A DNA stretch of 64,000 nt from Hydrolagus affinis (lineage: Eukaryota): assembly GCA_012026655.1 (NCBI GenBank), contig JAAILG010001568.1, forward strand, positions 1 to 64,000, written 5' to 3'. The notes under the pieces were generated by a model that saw nothing but the letters and a program-made list of their open reading frames with translations, was not told where the DNA came from and did no database searches. The position numbers and the translations under genes were made by a program. This document shows positions 63,577-64,000 of this stretch, piece by piece (the first letter of the stretch is position 1; each line of letters starts with the position of its first letter).

Positions 63577-64000
63577 GTGGGTAGTACAGTACATTATAAT
63601 TTAACCACATATACTATTTCCAACAGATTACGCCATTACTGGAACACGTACATTTGTTTTTTCAATTAGTCATCAAACTTTTATATCGAATACACAAAAT
63701 GTTACATATTTAATCCCTAGAACTACCTTTAGTTAGTATGCACAGTACTTTGAAAGTATTTGCCTCTGCACTGGTATACGTTTTCTTCACTGTGACTCAA
63801 TTGTGCTGGCAGTATATATATTTCATAGTAATCATCAAGACAAAACTGAAGTGGAAGGTGTGCACTGGTAATAGCTTGTGATAAGGCCACAAACAGAACT
63901 GATAATACAAAGGTATGGTCATATTAATGCTGTAGTTACATATCAATGAAGTCACAACTCTCTAATAAGTGTTGTCTATTTGGAATGCTAGATATCATTA

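Noticed and set aside
63812-63912. Possible next AKNAD1 exon ending at AAG|GTATGG
   Set aside because: The candidate acceptors give in-frame stops in the required phase 0.

Overview
This is vertebrate genomic DNA, not prokaryotic. The repeat content (tRNA-headed SINEs with L2-type tails, L2/CR1 fragments, shark-type palindromic elements) suggests a cartilaginous fish, possibly a chimaera such as Callorhinchus; that is an inference. The window holds four spliced genes in the order I recall for human 1p13.3: WDR47 (+, 14 coding exons, about 930 aa), CLCC1 (+, at least 9 coding exons, about 619 aa, 3' end ambiguous), GPSM2/LGN (-, 14 coding exons, 658 aa) and the 5' part of AKNAD1 (+). I read exon boundaries by hand from GT-AG sites, and the phases are consistent. 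Most of the ORF track is intronic or repeat noise. I found no convincing wholly new biological system. The best leads are: (1) a palindromic retroelement with a target-site duplication and decayed hammerhead-ribozyme-like cores; (2) an AKNAD1 that seems to keep AKNA-type features; (3) a uORF-dense GPSM2 leader; (4) a stop codon overlapping a splice donor at the CLCC1 3' end; (5) one SINE subfamily clustered at the putative promoters.
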